Below the pieces are notes generated by a model, which was not told the origin of the DNA, ran no database searches, and saw only the letters and a program-made list of their open reading frames with translations. Shown here piece by piece: positions 18,496-27,051 of a DNA stretch of 64,000 nucleotides (position 1 is the stretch's first letter; the number at the start of each line of letters is the position of its first letter). The position numbers and the translations under genes are program-made. This stretch comes from Planctomycetota bacterium (GTDB lineage Bacteria > Planctomycetota > Phycisphaerae > Phycisphaerales > Phycisphaeraceae): contig JAIOPN010000006.1 in the NCBI GenBank assembly GCA_021413865.1, positions 41,409 to 105,408 on the forward strand. The letters run 5' to 3'.

Positions 18496-19305
18496 TCAGT
18501 GCTTCTTTTTGTCGGCGCCGTTCCCGCCGTTGTCGGCGGGCTTGGTGACGGAGACGATCTCGACGTGGCGTGGCGGCACGCCTGCGCGCGTGCCCTCGGC
18601 GGTGGTCTCCGCCGCCTCGGGGGTCATGCGCGGGACGGGCTTCTGGGCGATCCAACATTCCTGGGCGTAACACTTCTTCACCAGCTCGACCGCCTCGTTC
18701 ACGTCGTCGGTGACGTGGAAGAGGAAGAGGTCGGCGTTGCCGACGGCATTGAACTTTTCGAGCATCGTGCCCTTGATCCAGTCCACCAGGCCGTCCCAGT
18801 AATCGTGGCCGATGCAGACGATGGGGAAGGGCTCGACCTTGTTGGTCTGGATGAGGGTGAGCGCCTCGAAGAACTCGTCCATGGTGCCGAAGCCGCCGGG
18901 GAAGCAGATGAAGCCCTTGGCGTATTTCACGAACATGACCTTGCGGACGAAGAAGTATTTGAAGGTCAGCTCGTGGGTCTGGTAGCGGTTGGGGTCCTGC
19001 TCCATGGGGAGGGAGATATTGAGGCCGATGGACTGCCCCTTGGCCTCGAAGGCGCCCTTATTGGCGGCCTCCATGATGCCCGGCCCGCCGCCGGTGATGA
19101 CGGTGAAGCGGTTCTGGGCCAGGAGCTTGCCGCACTCGACGGCCTTGAGGTAGTAGGGGTCTTTTTCGGGTGTACGCGCCGAGCCGAAGACGGTGACGGC
19201 GGGGCCGATCTCGTTCATGGTCTCGAAGCCATCGACGAACTCGGCGAGGATGCGGAAGAGCCGCCACGTTTCGCGGCTGAGGTTGAGGTCTTTTTCCAGT
19301 GACAT
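18496..19305 (-). CDS. LOG family / TIGR00730 Rossmann-fold nucleotide-binding protein
   Basis: VFGSAR..., ITGGGPGIMEAAN, PGGFGTMDEFFE. Confidence 0.85.
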   Translation of the reverse strand: MSLEKDLNLSRETWRLFRILAEFVDGFETMNEIGPAVTVFGSARTPEKDPYYLKAVECGKLLAQNRFTVITGGGPGIMEAANKGAFEAKGQSIGLNISLPMEQDPNRYQTHELTFKYFFVRKVMFVKYAKGFICFPGGFGTMDEFFEALTLIQTNKVEPFPIVCIGHDYWDGLVDWIKGTMLEKFNAVGNADLFLFHVTDDVNEAVELVKKCYAQECWIAQKPVPRMTPEAAETTAEGTRAGVPPRHVEIVSVTKPADNGGNGADKKKH

Positions 19306-19338
19306 TGCGGTAAGCCTTTCTGGCCTTTCAGAACCCAG

Positions 19339-19370
19339 ATAAAAACGGCCCGGCCGTGGGTCGGCGGGCC
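19339..19370 (-). terminator. Rho-independent terminator after rplT
   Basis: Minus strand reads GGCCCGccgacccacggCCGGGCC followed by GTTTTTAT. Confidence 0.6.
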
Positions 19371-19479
19371 AAACCAATAGGTTGTATCGGATTAATATTA
19401 GGAGGGGAACAATGGAATATCCCGCCCCGGAGGGGGTGGGATGGGGAAGAAAAGGGGAGGCTAGCCGCGAGCGGCCGGT

Positions 19480-19845
19480 TCAGGCGGCCTTGGCGAGGGC
19501 GGCCTTGGCGGATTCGACGATCTGGTCGAAGGCCTTGGCGTCCTCGATGGCGAGCTGGCTGAGCATCTTGCGGTTGATGGTGATGTTGGCCAACCGCAGG
19601 CCGGCGATGAAGCGGCTGTAGTTCATGTCGCGCTGCTGGACGGCCGCGTTGATGCGGATGATCCAGAGGCCGCGGTAGTCGCGCTTGACGAGGTTGCGGT
19701 CGCGCGTGGCGTAAACGCCGGCGCGGATGACGGCGTTCTTGACCTTGCGCCACTGGCGGCTGTTGCCGCCGCGCTTGCCCTTGGCGGCCTTGAACCAGCG
19801 GTTTTTCTTCTGACGGGTGGCGGCGCCGTTTGTTGCGCGGGGCAT
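19480..19845 (-). CDS. rplT: 50S ribosomal protein L20
   Basis: MPRATNGAATRQKKNRWFKAAKG...YRGLWIIRINAA. Confidence 0.95.
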   Translation of the reverse strand: MPRATNGAATRQKKNRWFKAAKGKRGGNSRQWRKVKNAVIRAGVYATRDRNLVKRDYRGLWIIRINAAVQQRDMNYSRFIAGLRLANITINRKMLSQLAIEDAKAFDQIVESAKAALAKAA

Positions 19846-19983
19846 GGGAATCTCCGATCGTTGCGCGAAGGCGGGGTCCGCTCGGGGCGGAACTTGTTTC
19901 CCGGCTCGCAGGTTCGGGCCGACGGGCCACCCATCGCTGGGTCGAAAACCCTATCGGCCTCAAGCGGCTGACCTTTCAGGTGG

Positions 19984-20211
19984 TCAGGCGCGGTCTCCAC
20001 CCTCGTTGGAGTTGAGTCGACGGCCCAGGAGCCGTTCGAGGCGGGGGATGTCACCCATCTTGGCGTAGCCCTTCTTGCGGAAGTGGCGGAGCCGTTTGGC
20101 GGTCTTCCCGCTCTTGAGGTGACCGGTGTTCGACTTGCGGAAGACGATCTTCCCGCCGCCGGTGACCTTGACGCGCTTGAGAAGACCCTTGCAGGGTTTG
20201 TGCTTGGGCAT
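19984..20211 (-). CDS. rpmI: 50S ribosomal protein L35
   Basis: MPKHKPCKGLLKRVKVTGGGKIVFRKSNTGHL. ATG confirmed at 20211. Confidence 0.9.
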   Translation of the reverse strand: MPKHKPCKGLLKRVKVTGGGKIVFRKSNTGHLKSGKTAKRLRHFRKKGYAKMGDIPRLERLLGRRLNSNEGGDRA

Positions 20212-20439
20212 GGCGATATCCCTTGAGGCCGAGCCGCGCATTGTAACGAGAAAGGGTGCGGACGCAAGGGGGGCATCTCGCGGGGAGCGCCCCTTCCAGA
20301 GCCATCGCATCTTAATAACTCGCTGTATCAATGGATTCCCGGTGTGATGTCCGATGACGCATGGCCCCCTCCGGCAAAGATGCCGCCGTGAAAAGAACTC
20401 CGCCGACCTGATCCGCATCCACTTCGGCAATCTCGCGCA

Positions 20440-20760
20440 TCGACCGGCGTTACATCAGCAGCCGCGACGGGCTGGCGGCGCACGCGGCCAAGCATCTGGG
20501 GCACGCCGTGCGTCAGCACTGTGTGATCGAGAACTCGCTGCACTGGCGCTGGACATGGCATTCGACGAGGACCGCTGTCGGGTGCGGCTGGACGAGGGAG
20601 CGCGGAACCTGGCGACGCTGCGGAAGGTGGCGTTGAACCTGTTGAATCACGACCAGAAGTCGAAGGTGGGGATTGAGATGCGGCGACGGCGGGCCGGATG
20701 GGACGTGCCTACCTGCTCAAAGTGCTGGCCGGCGGGGTATTAGATGCGATGGCCCTGCCT
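20440..20760 (+). pseudogene. ISAs1-family transposase C-terminal remnant (frameshifted)
   Basis: IENSLHW / (frameshift) ALDMAFDEDRCRVR...ATLRKVALNLL...AGWD / (frameshift) AYLLKVL are spread over three frames. Confidence 0.6.
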
Positions 20761-20788
20761 GGGAGGGGAGGCGGAGGGGGGGGGTGGA

Positions 20789-20813
20789 TTGACACCCGGC
20801 CTTGTGCTATGAT
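20789..20813 (+). promoter_or_regulatory. Promoter-like TTGACA ... TGcTATGAT upstream of the RRM gene
   Basis: TTGACA at 20789-20794 and an extended -10-like tgcTATGAT at 20805-20813. The spacer is only 13 nt, so this is weak. Confidence 0.3.
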
Positions 20814-20982
20814 GGCATATGGTCAGACTGACCGATTGAGTCCGCGCTACGTGAGTAAGATCCTTGCCCATCGCGCTCCTCTCCTTCGCTCCTTCTACCT
20901 TCCAGGCCCGGAATTACGGGCTCTTTCGAATCAGCCCCGAAAGCACTAATGGGCTGAATGTTTTTGTATTGGAGCGTCTGAA

Positions 20983-21318
20983 ATGGGTAAGAAACTGTAC
21001 ATCGGGAACCTGAGCTACCAGGTTGACAAGGCCAGCCTCGAGCAACTGCTTTCGCAGTTCGGCACGGTCCAGACCGTGGACGTGATCATGGACCGCGAGA
21101 CGGGCCGCAGCAAGGGCTTCGGCTTCGTCGAGATGGGCACCGAAGAAGAGGCGCAGGCCGCGATCGCCGCGCTGTCCGGCAAGGAGCACGAGGGTCGTGC
21201 GCTGACGGTCAACGAAGCCAAGCCCCGTGAGCCCCGCGCTGGCGGCGGCGGCGGTGGTGGTGGCCGTGGGTTCGGCGGCGGTGGTGGTGGCGGCGGCGGT
21301 GGCCGCGGCCGTTATTGA
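20983..21318 (+). CDS. RRM-type RNA-binding protein with Gly/Arg-rich tail
   Basis: KLYIGNLSY (RNP2), KGFGFVEM (RNP1), C-terminal [15 protein letters not shown]. Confidence 0.9.
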   Translation: MGKKLYIGNLSYQVDKASLEQLLSQFGTVQTVDVIMDRETGRSKGFGFVEMGTEEEAQAAIAALSGKEHEGRALTVNEAKPREPRAGGGGGGGGRGFGGGGGGGGGGRGRY

Positions 21319-21522
21319 ATCGGCAAATCCCGAGCGGGGGTCGCGGAAGCGACCCCCGCTCTTTTTCGGTGCGACAACGGCGTCGCGGCCGCGCGGAGGG
21401 CGTGGCCGGGAACCAACGCCGACCCTTCACCACGGACAGGCGACGTGGCACGACGGCCGGATCGAGCGCCGCCGTGTTGAGCGTCTCTAAAGCCCCGTGG
21501 CGACCAGAACGGAGTTTTCTCC

Positions 21523-22137
21523 ATGTCCACGCCCAAGCCTCCGCAGACCCTGATCGAGGCCATCGAGGCCCGTCGCGTGGATGCGGTCAAGACGCTGCTG
21601 GCCTCCGGCGCCAACGTCAACGCGCGCGGCGCCGACGGCTGCACGCCTCTGCGCATCGCCGCCGCGACCGACCAGGCGGACGTCGTGAAGATGCTCATCG
21701 CCCAGGGCGCGACGGTGCAGACCGCCGACCGCTACGGCAAGACGCCGCTCTACAAGGCGGCCTGGGCGGGGCACACGAAGGTGGTTGAACTGCTGCTGGC
21801 GCACGGGGCGAAGATCGCCGCCGAGGGCGCGGACGGCCGCACGCCGCTGCACTGGGCCGCGATCCGCGGCAACCTGCCGCTGACCAAGCTTCTCCTGGAC
21901 CACGGCGCGGACGCCGACGCGGTGGACCGCGGCAGCCGGCAGACGCCCCTGGCGTATGCGGTGAGCGGCGGCCACACGGCCGTGGCCGACCTGCTGATGG
22001 CACGCGGCGCCAAGAGCGACGTCGAGGGCAGCTTCGGCGCCGCCTCGACCGAGCCGCGCAGCGCCGACCGTCCCCCGGTGGAGCCGATGTTCCCCTACCG
22101 CGGCGAGGGCAAGCCGACGCGGAAGAAGAAGACCTGA
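21523..22137 (+). CDS. Ankyrin repeat protein
   Basis: Repeated G-x-TPLH/Y-x-AA...GH...VV..LL..GA units. Confidence 0.85.
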   Translation: MSTPKPPQTLIEAIEARRVDAVKTLLASGANVNARGADGCTPLRIAAATDQADVVKMLIAQGATVQTADRYGKTPLYKAAWAGHTKVVELLLAHGAKIAAEGADGRTPLHWAAIRGNLPLTKLLLDHGADADAVDRGSRQTPLAYAVSGGHTAVADLLMARGAKSDVEGSFGAASTEPRSADRPPVEPMFPYRGEGKPTRKKKT

Positions 22138-22306
22138 AAGATAGTCCAGAGTCTGAAAGTGCAGAGTCCAGAGCCGGTGGAGAACGGCTCCGCGATCTGC
22201 TTTCTAGATCGGTTTCTGCTTGGGTCTAAGCGGTCTCAAATAAGTTTGTTTCGTTCTGAGAACTGAAGAATCATGGGGTGTTGGCCAAGGATGAAAGGAG
22301 TCATCC

Positions 22307-22535
22307 ATGCCCAAGGTAGTAGTGGTGCGCGGTAAGCAACACCGAGATACGAGAACACAAGAAGTTGCCTTCGTGGAGGCAGGGGTGACCGGGCGGTTCG
22401 CCGAGCATAGATGATTCAACTGGCCCGGGAAGGCCGGAACGCCGTCGAGATCGCCCTTCTGCGGGAGATCATCGCCCAGTGCGTGCGAAAGGTCATTCAT
22501 CGCTTCAGCCAAGGGGGGGATCGATGGACTGGCCG
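22307..22535 (+). pseudogene. IS630-like transposase N-terminal HTH fragment (interrupted by a stop)
   Basis: IQLAREGRNAVEIALLREIIAQCVRKVIHRFSQGGIDGLAD resembles the IS630 wHTH. An in-frame stop lies at about 22405. Confidence 0.45.
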
Positions 22536-22539
22536 ACAA

Positions 22540-22850
22540 GTTGCGTCAGCCTCTTGAGCACGCCCGCCATGGCCAGCGAAGGCTCGATACGGTCGTTGGC
22601 GATGAACCGCCAGCAGTGTTTTGATCGCGTGCTTGGCCCCGCCCCCGAAACCGGAACCGGACACTCCGCCCAACGCCCGGCCGATCGTCGTCAGCATAAC
22701 CCGCTTGACGCCCAGCGTCGCGGCGACCAAAACACTCAAGGTCTGGGCCTGCGAGAGACGAAGGGAAACAGCACAGACCGACAGCACCCAGCCCATCGCA
22801 TCCCAGCGATCCATGGCACGCTTCCCGTTGGTTATGCCCAGAGCATGCAC
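22540..22850 (-). pseudogene. IS4/IS701-like transposase N-terminal fragment (frameshifted)
   Basis: MDRWDAMGWVLSV...TLSVLVAATLGVKRVMLTTIGRAL...AKHAIK, then after a 1-nt shift CWRFIANDRIEPSLAMAGVLKRL. Confidence 0.4.
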
Positions 22851-22992
22851 GCCCGAGCCGGTGGTACCGCACCGGCTCGTTTTTATTTCGCCCGCCATGG
22901 GGCCTTCGGACTTGAAATATCAAACTGGGATGAGTCAGCCTTCCTTCCTCGTCCGGTAGTGGGTCGATTTGAATTGTGGATGGACATTCTTT

Positions 22993-23018
22993 CCCTCTCT
23001 CCATTGTGGGAGAGGGGG
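22993..23018. repeat. Hairpin CCCTCTCTCCATTGTGGGAGAGGGGG (repeat family 3)
   Basis: Read directly. Same stem as at 4294 and 47668. Confidence 0.5.
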
Positions 23019-23123
23019 AAGAGCGGCCATCGGTTCATCAAACCGACCCACCACCTGCCTCCGTGCGTTCGCCGGATAAACGTCCACGCACTAGCATGTT
23101 GGTCATATTCTGGAGCCGAATCC

Positions 23124-24209
23124 ATGGATGATTTCACCACGGCCCGGTGGCCGACACTCGTGCGGGCCTTGATTCTCACGGCGATCGTCGGGAGCTCCAT
23201 GTTGGTTTCGGCCCCCGCACGGGCGGATGCCCCGACGCCCGAAGAGCAGCGCGCCGCGGTGCTCACGCGCATACGCGAGCTGCGCGGCCGGGTGATCGTG
23301 GACGCCGACCTGCCCGACAAGCCGGTCGTTCGCGTGACCTTCAACAAGATGCCGGTGACGAACGAGGACGTGGCGGCGATGGCCGTTTTCCCCCGCCTGC
23401 GCGTGCTGCACCTGACACACACGCTGGTGAGCAACGAGGGCATGGCCTATCTGAAAAACTTCCCGGAGCTGGAAGACCTGGACCTGACGCGCTGCCGGAT
23501 CAATGACGAGGGGGTCAAGCAACTGGCGCCCCTGACGCACCTGAAGACGCTTGTGATCGAGCGTGCGCGCATCGGCGACGAGGGGATGGCCGTCGTCGGT
23601 GCGATGAAGACCCTGCGCTCGCTCAACATGGCGGACACCGCCATCACCGAGGAGGGCCTCTCCATCATCGCGGGGATGACGCAGCTCGAGGAGTTGAACC
23701 TCTCGGGCCTGCGCCTGAGCAACGCCGGGTTGGCCAGGCTGACAACGCTGACGAAGCTGCGCACCCTGATCATCCGCAACTCGAAGATCGACGACGCCGG
23801 CCTGGAGTCGCTCCGCAAGTTTCCCGAGCTCCGGGTGCTCGACCTCAGGGGGGCCGCGGTCACCGACGCCGGGTTGAAGGCCATTGCGTCGCTGTCGAAG
23901 CTGGAGAACCTCTCGCTCTTCGGCACGGACGTAACGGTCGCGGGCATCCCGACGCTCTACGCGCTGACCCGGCTCGAATCCCTCTCGCTCGCCGACACGC
24001 GCGTCGGCGACCAGGTCATCACCGCGCTTGTCCCGATGAAGTCCCTGCGCTCGGTCTATCTCTCCAGCACCCACCTGACCGACGTGGGCGCCAAGCGCGT
24101 CCGCGCGCTGACGAACCTCAGGCTGATCGACCTGCAGAGCACGTCGATCACCGACGCGGCCGTGGCCGACCTGCAGCGGCAGATGCCCTCGCTCGAGATC
24201 ATCCACTGA
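23124..24209 (+). CDS. Secreted leucine-rich repeat (LRR) protein
   Basis: Signal peptide (ILTAIVGSSMLVSAPARA), then about 24-aa LRR units (L..L..L.L....I.D.GL..L). Confidence 0.8.
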   Translation: MDDFTTARWPTLVRALILTAIVGSSMLVSAPARADAPTPEEQRAAVLTRIRELRGRVIVDADLPDKPVVRVTFNKMPVTNEDVAAMAVFPRLRVLHLTHTLVSNEGMAYLKNFPELEDLDLTRCRINDEGVKQLAPLTHLKTLVIERARIGDEGMAVVGAMKTLRSLNMADTAITEEGLSIIAGMTQLEELNLSGLRLSNAGLARLTTLTKLRTLIIRNSKIDDAGLESLRKFPELRVLDLRGAAVTDAGLKAIASLSKLENLSLFGTDVTVAGIPTLYALTRLESLSLADTRVGDQVITALVPMKSLRSVYLSSTHLTDVGAKRVRALTNLRLIDLQSTSITDAAVADLQRQMPSLEIIH

Positions 24210-24221
24210 GACTCGAATGAT

Positions 24222-25154
24222 TCAGCCCGCGGTGATGAGGTCCACGGGTTTCCGCGCCGACCTGGGCTTGGCGAGGCCGTAGAGACGCGCCGCGTTCTCG
24301 CCCAGGAGCATGGCCTTTTCACTTTCTTTCAGACCGATGTCACGCGACCGGATGAAGTCCAGGCTCTGGCGGTAGGTGAAATCGACCATGGTGCGCGGCC
24401 AGTCGGAGCCCCACATGAGCTTCTCGATGCCGACTTCGTCGCGTGCCCGCAGGATGGCGTCCACCGCGTCGGGGAAGGGGTAGCCCTCGTGGCGGTAGAG
24501 CCAGATGATGCCGCCGGTCTCCATATAGACGTTGCGGTGGCGGCAGAGCATGAGCTGCCCGGGCCAGCCGCGGCGGTTCACCATGCCGAAGTGGCCCACC
24601 GCGACCTTGAGGTTCGGGTGGCGTGCCAAAATATTTTCCATCATGCCGACCTGGTCTTCGCCCTCGGAGAGGTCCACCGCGAGCACGTGGCCCTCGGCCT
24701 CCATCTGCGCCCAGATGGGCATGAAGCGGTCGTCGTCGAGCGCGAGCTTTCCCAGCAGGTGGCCGGCGGGGAGCTTGAGCCCGCGGAAGCCGCGTTTGAA
24801 GAGCCCGGCGGCCTCCTTGGCGACGCGTGCCGGTTTGAAATAGTCCGGCAGGCCGTGCATGAAGAACCGGCCTTTGTATTTTTTCGCAATGGCCAGGCAG
24901 TAGTCGTTCTGCTCGCCGTCCATGTTCTCCTGCACGACGACGCCGGTCTCCACGCCGGCGGCGTCGAACTCGGCGAGGACGAACTCGGCGCGGGCGTTGC
25001 AGTCCAGGAGCGAGGCGGGCATGCCGAGCATCGCCTGTTTGCCGATCTTGATGACGCCGTTCTTCACCGCGCGGAGCGGGGTCTTGCCGCGGATCGCGCC
25101 GTGCAGCCGGTTCCAGATGTGCATGTGTGCGTCGATGATCATGGGGGCCTCCAT
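24222..25154 (-). CDS. Amidohydrolase-2 family protein (lactonase-like)
   Basis: MIIDAHMHIW... and the context next to a fuconate dehydratase-like gene. Confidence 0.75.
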   Translation of the reverse strand: MEAPMIIDAHMHIWNRLHGAIRGKTPLRAVKNGVIKIGKQAMLGMPASLLDCNARAEFVLAEFDAAGVETGVVVQENMDGEQNDYCLAIAKKYKGRFFMHGLPDYFKPARVAKEAAGLFKRGFRGLKLPAGHLLGKLALDDDRFMPIWAQMEAEGHVLAVDLSEGEDQVGMMENILARHPNLKVAVGHFGMVNRRGWPGQLMLCRHRNVYMETGGIIWLYRHEGYPFPDAVDAILRARDEVGIEKLMWGSDWPRTMVDFTYRQSLDFIRSRDIGLKESEKAMLLGENAARLYGLAKPRSARKPVDLITAG

Positions 25155-25172
25155 CGAAATATCGGAGCGGGG

Positions 25173-26414
25173 TCAGGCGACGACGAAATCGGACGACGAG
25201 CCGATGTCCATGGGCGTGCGGTACACGCCCTGCTCGACAATCGCGGGGTGGACGAAGTGCTCGCGCAGGTGCGGGATGTATTCGAGGAAGACGCGGTCCA
25301 GCCCCAGCGCGATATGGTTGAAGAGCACCAGGTGCTGGTGGATTTGTCCCATGTCGCCCACGTGGGGGACGACCTTGAGGCCGTATTTCCTGGCCAGCAG
25401 GCTCACCGCGATGAACTCGCTCATGCCGGCGACGCGGGTGCAGTCCACCTGGATGAAGTGCGCCGCCTGCGCCTGTATGTAATTCTTGAAGACGACGCGG
25501 TTGGGCACGTGCTCGCCCATGGCGATGTTGGTCGGGGCGATGGCGCGGGCCAATGTCTGGTGTGCGGCCACGTCGTCCGGGTGCGTCGGCTCCTCGACCC
25601 AGTAGAGGTCCATCGGGGCCAGTTCGAGGCAGACGCGGATGGCGGTGGGGAGCGTCCACTGCTGGTTGCAGTCGATCATGACGCGGCAGTTTGGGCCCAC
25701 GGCGTCGCGGACGATCTTCACACGGCGGACGTCGCGCGACGGGTCCTTCGAGCCCACCTTGAGTTTCATGGCCGTGAACCCCTCGCCGACGGCGCGGCGG
25801 GCGTTGTCGCGGACCTGCTCGTCGGTGTAGTTGAACCAGCCGACGGAGGTGTCATAGCCGGGGTAGCCCGTCTCGAGCACGGGGAGCCGTTGGTGCGACG
25901 TGAGGGCGGATTCACGCAGCATCGCCAGCGCCTGGTCGCGCGTGAGCACGTCCTCGAGATACGACAGGTCGAGCAGGGCGACGATCTGTTCGGGCGTGAG
26001 GGAGAGCAGCAGCGACCAGAGCGGCACGCCGCGCGACTTGGCCCAGAGGTCGAAGCAGGCGTTGACGATCGACGCCAGCGCCAGGTGCACGACCCCCTTG
26101 TGCGGCCCGACCCAGCGGAGCTGCGGGTGGTCGGCGAGCTTCTGCGTGACCGCGCCGAAGTCGCTCATCAGCTCTTCGATGTCGCGCCCAATGAGCTCCC
26201 CGGCCAGCATCTCGACCGCCTGGCAGATCAACTCGTTGCCCGCGCCGACGGTGAGCACGATGCCGCAGCCGGTGCGGTCCACGCCGGGCTTGTCGGTGTG
26301 CAGGTAGGTGGTGGCGTAGCAATAGACCGGGGCGGAGTGGACGGCATCGACGCCCTCGCCGGGCTTGAGCCTGTAGCGGACGTCGCGTGCCGAGATGCGT
26401 GTGATGGTGGCCAT
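25173..26414 (-). CDS. Enolase-superfamily acid-sugar dehydratase (L-fuconate dehydratase-like)
   Basis: MR/MLE-type layout (KLKVG, MIDCNQQW, WVEEP, IAMGEH) and an N-terminus typical of FucD-like proteins. Confidence 0.8.
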   Translation of the reverse strand: MATITRISARDVRYRLKPGEGVDAVHSAPVYCYATTYLHTDKPGVDRTGCGIVLTVGAGNELICQAVEMLAGELIGRDIEELMSDFGAVTQKLADHPQLRWVGPHKGVVHLALASIVNACFDLWAKSRGVPLWSLLLSLTPEQIVALLDLSYLEDVLTRDQALAMLRESALTSHQRLPVLETGYPGYDTSVGWFNYTDEQVRDNARRAVGEGFTAMKLKVGSKDPSRDVRRVKIVRDAVGPNCRVMIDCNQQWTLPTAIRVCLELAPMDLYWVEEPTHPDDVAAHQTLARAIAPTNIAMGEHVPNRVVFKNYIQAQAAHFIQVDCTRVAGMSEFIAVSLLARKYGLKVVPHVGDMGQIHQHLVLFNHIALGLDRVFLEYIPHLREHFVHPAIVEQGVYRTPMDIGSSSDFVVA

Positions 26415-26435
26415 GCCGGAGAGGATATCCGACGG

Positions 26436-26885
26436 TCAGGGGAGATTTTCGAGGTCGTCCAGGTCCTTGTGGCGGCCGCTCGCTTTCTTGTTGGTCTTGA
26501 GGTCTTTGAGGCTGATATACGGCACCCGGACGCCATCGACAACACGCACTGCCCGGCGCGCGTAGCAGTGATCGAATGACACACCGGGGATGGAGGTGAA
26601 TATCTCAATCTTTACAGGCTCGACACCCATGTGCACGATCTGATCGTCACGTTCAAAAATCTCGGGTTTCAGGGCCGGGGTTTCAAACCCGAAGGCCCGC
26701 AGCGCGGCAATGATTTTGTCGGCGTTCCCGTGGCCCGTGCCGATCCAGATGTCCAGGTCGTTCGTGGTGCGGGAGTGGCCGTGAAAGGCCACCGCGTAGC
26801 CGCCGATCACCAGGTACTCAACGTGGTGTGCGTTGAGTAATCCTAAGAACTCGCTGAAGTCGGGCGGAACATTTACGCTCGCCAT
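26436..26885 (-). CDS. Nucleotidyltransferase-fold protein (DUF6036-like)
   Basis: DFSEFLGLLNAHHVEYLVIGGYAVAFHG...NDLDIWI. Lower-GC patch. Confidence 0.6.
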   Translation of the reverse strand: MASVNVPPDFSEFLGLLNAHHVEYLVIGGYAVAFHGHSRTTNDLDIWIGTGHGNADKIIAALRAFGFETPALKPEIFERDDQIVHMGVEPVKIEIFTSIPGVSFDHCYARRAVRVVDGVRVPYISLKDLKTNKKASGRHKDLDDLENLP

Positions 26886-27033
26886 AATTGATCCGCCGCA
26901 GGTATTCCAGATGGTTCAGGCGTTCTTCCGGTGTACGCGAATGCCAGTAGGCGGGGCCGGTCGGCGGGTCGTTGAGGGAGCCGATCGTCAGCTTGGTGCG
27001 GTCCAGTCGCGGGTGCCCATCGGTGGATTTCAT
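26818..27033 (-). CDS. Small conserved-looking partner ORF (71 aa)
   Basis: YWHSRTPEERLNHLEYLRRINYG...ARLQRVLRITQR. Overlaps the downstream NTase ORF by 68 nt in another frame (verified by hand translation). Confidence 0.45.
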   Translation of the reverse strand: MKSTDGHPRLDRTKLTIGSLNDPPTGPAYWHSRTPEERLNHLEYLRRINYGERKCSARLQRVLRITQRTPR

Positions 27034-27051
27034 GATGCATAATCCTACCCC

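Noticed and set aside
19382-19621. + strand ORF with a perfect AGGAGG-N7-ATG at 19412 in an A/T-rich patch
   Set aside because: It runs antisense into rplT, and its translation is low-complexity with no motif. The SD-like word is probably coincidental or part of the rplT/LOG intergenic signals.
21240-21310. GGC/GGT tandem tract
   Set aside because: It is simply the coding sequence for the Gly-rich tail of the RRM protein. It is not a CRISPR array or a regulatory repeat.
23350-24200. Periodic roughly 72-bp repetition
   Set aside because: It is explained by the 24-aa LRR units of the LRR protein and is not an independent DNA repeat.
24489-26579. 696-aa + strand ORF spanning the amidohydrolase and fuconate dehydratase genes
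   Set aside because: It is antisense to two genes with clear family motifs. Its Arg/Ala/Gly/Val-rich, motif-free translation is typical of high-GC shadow frames.
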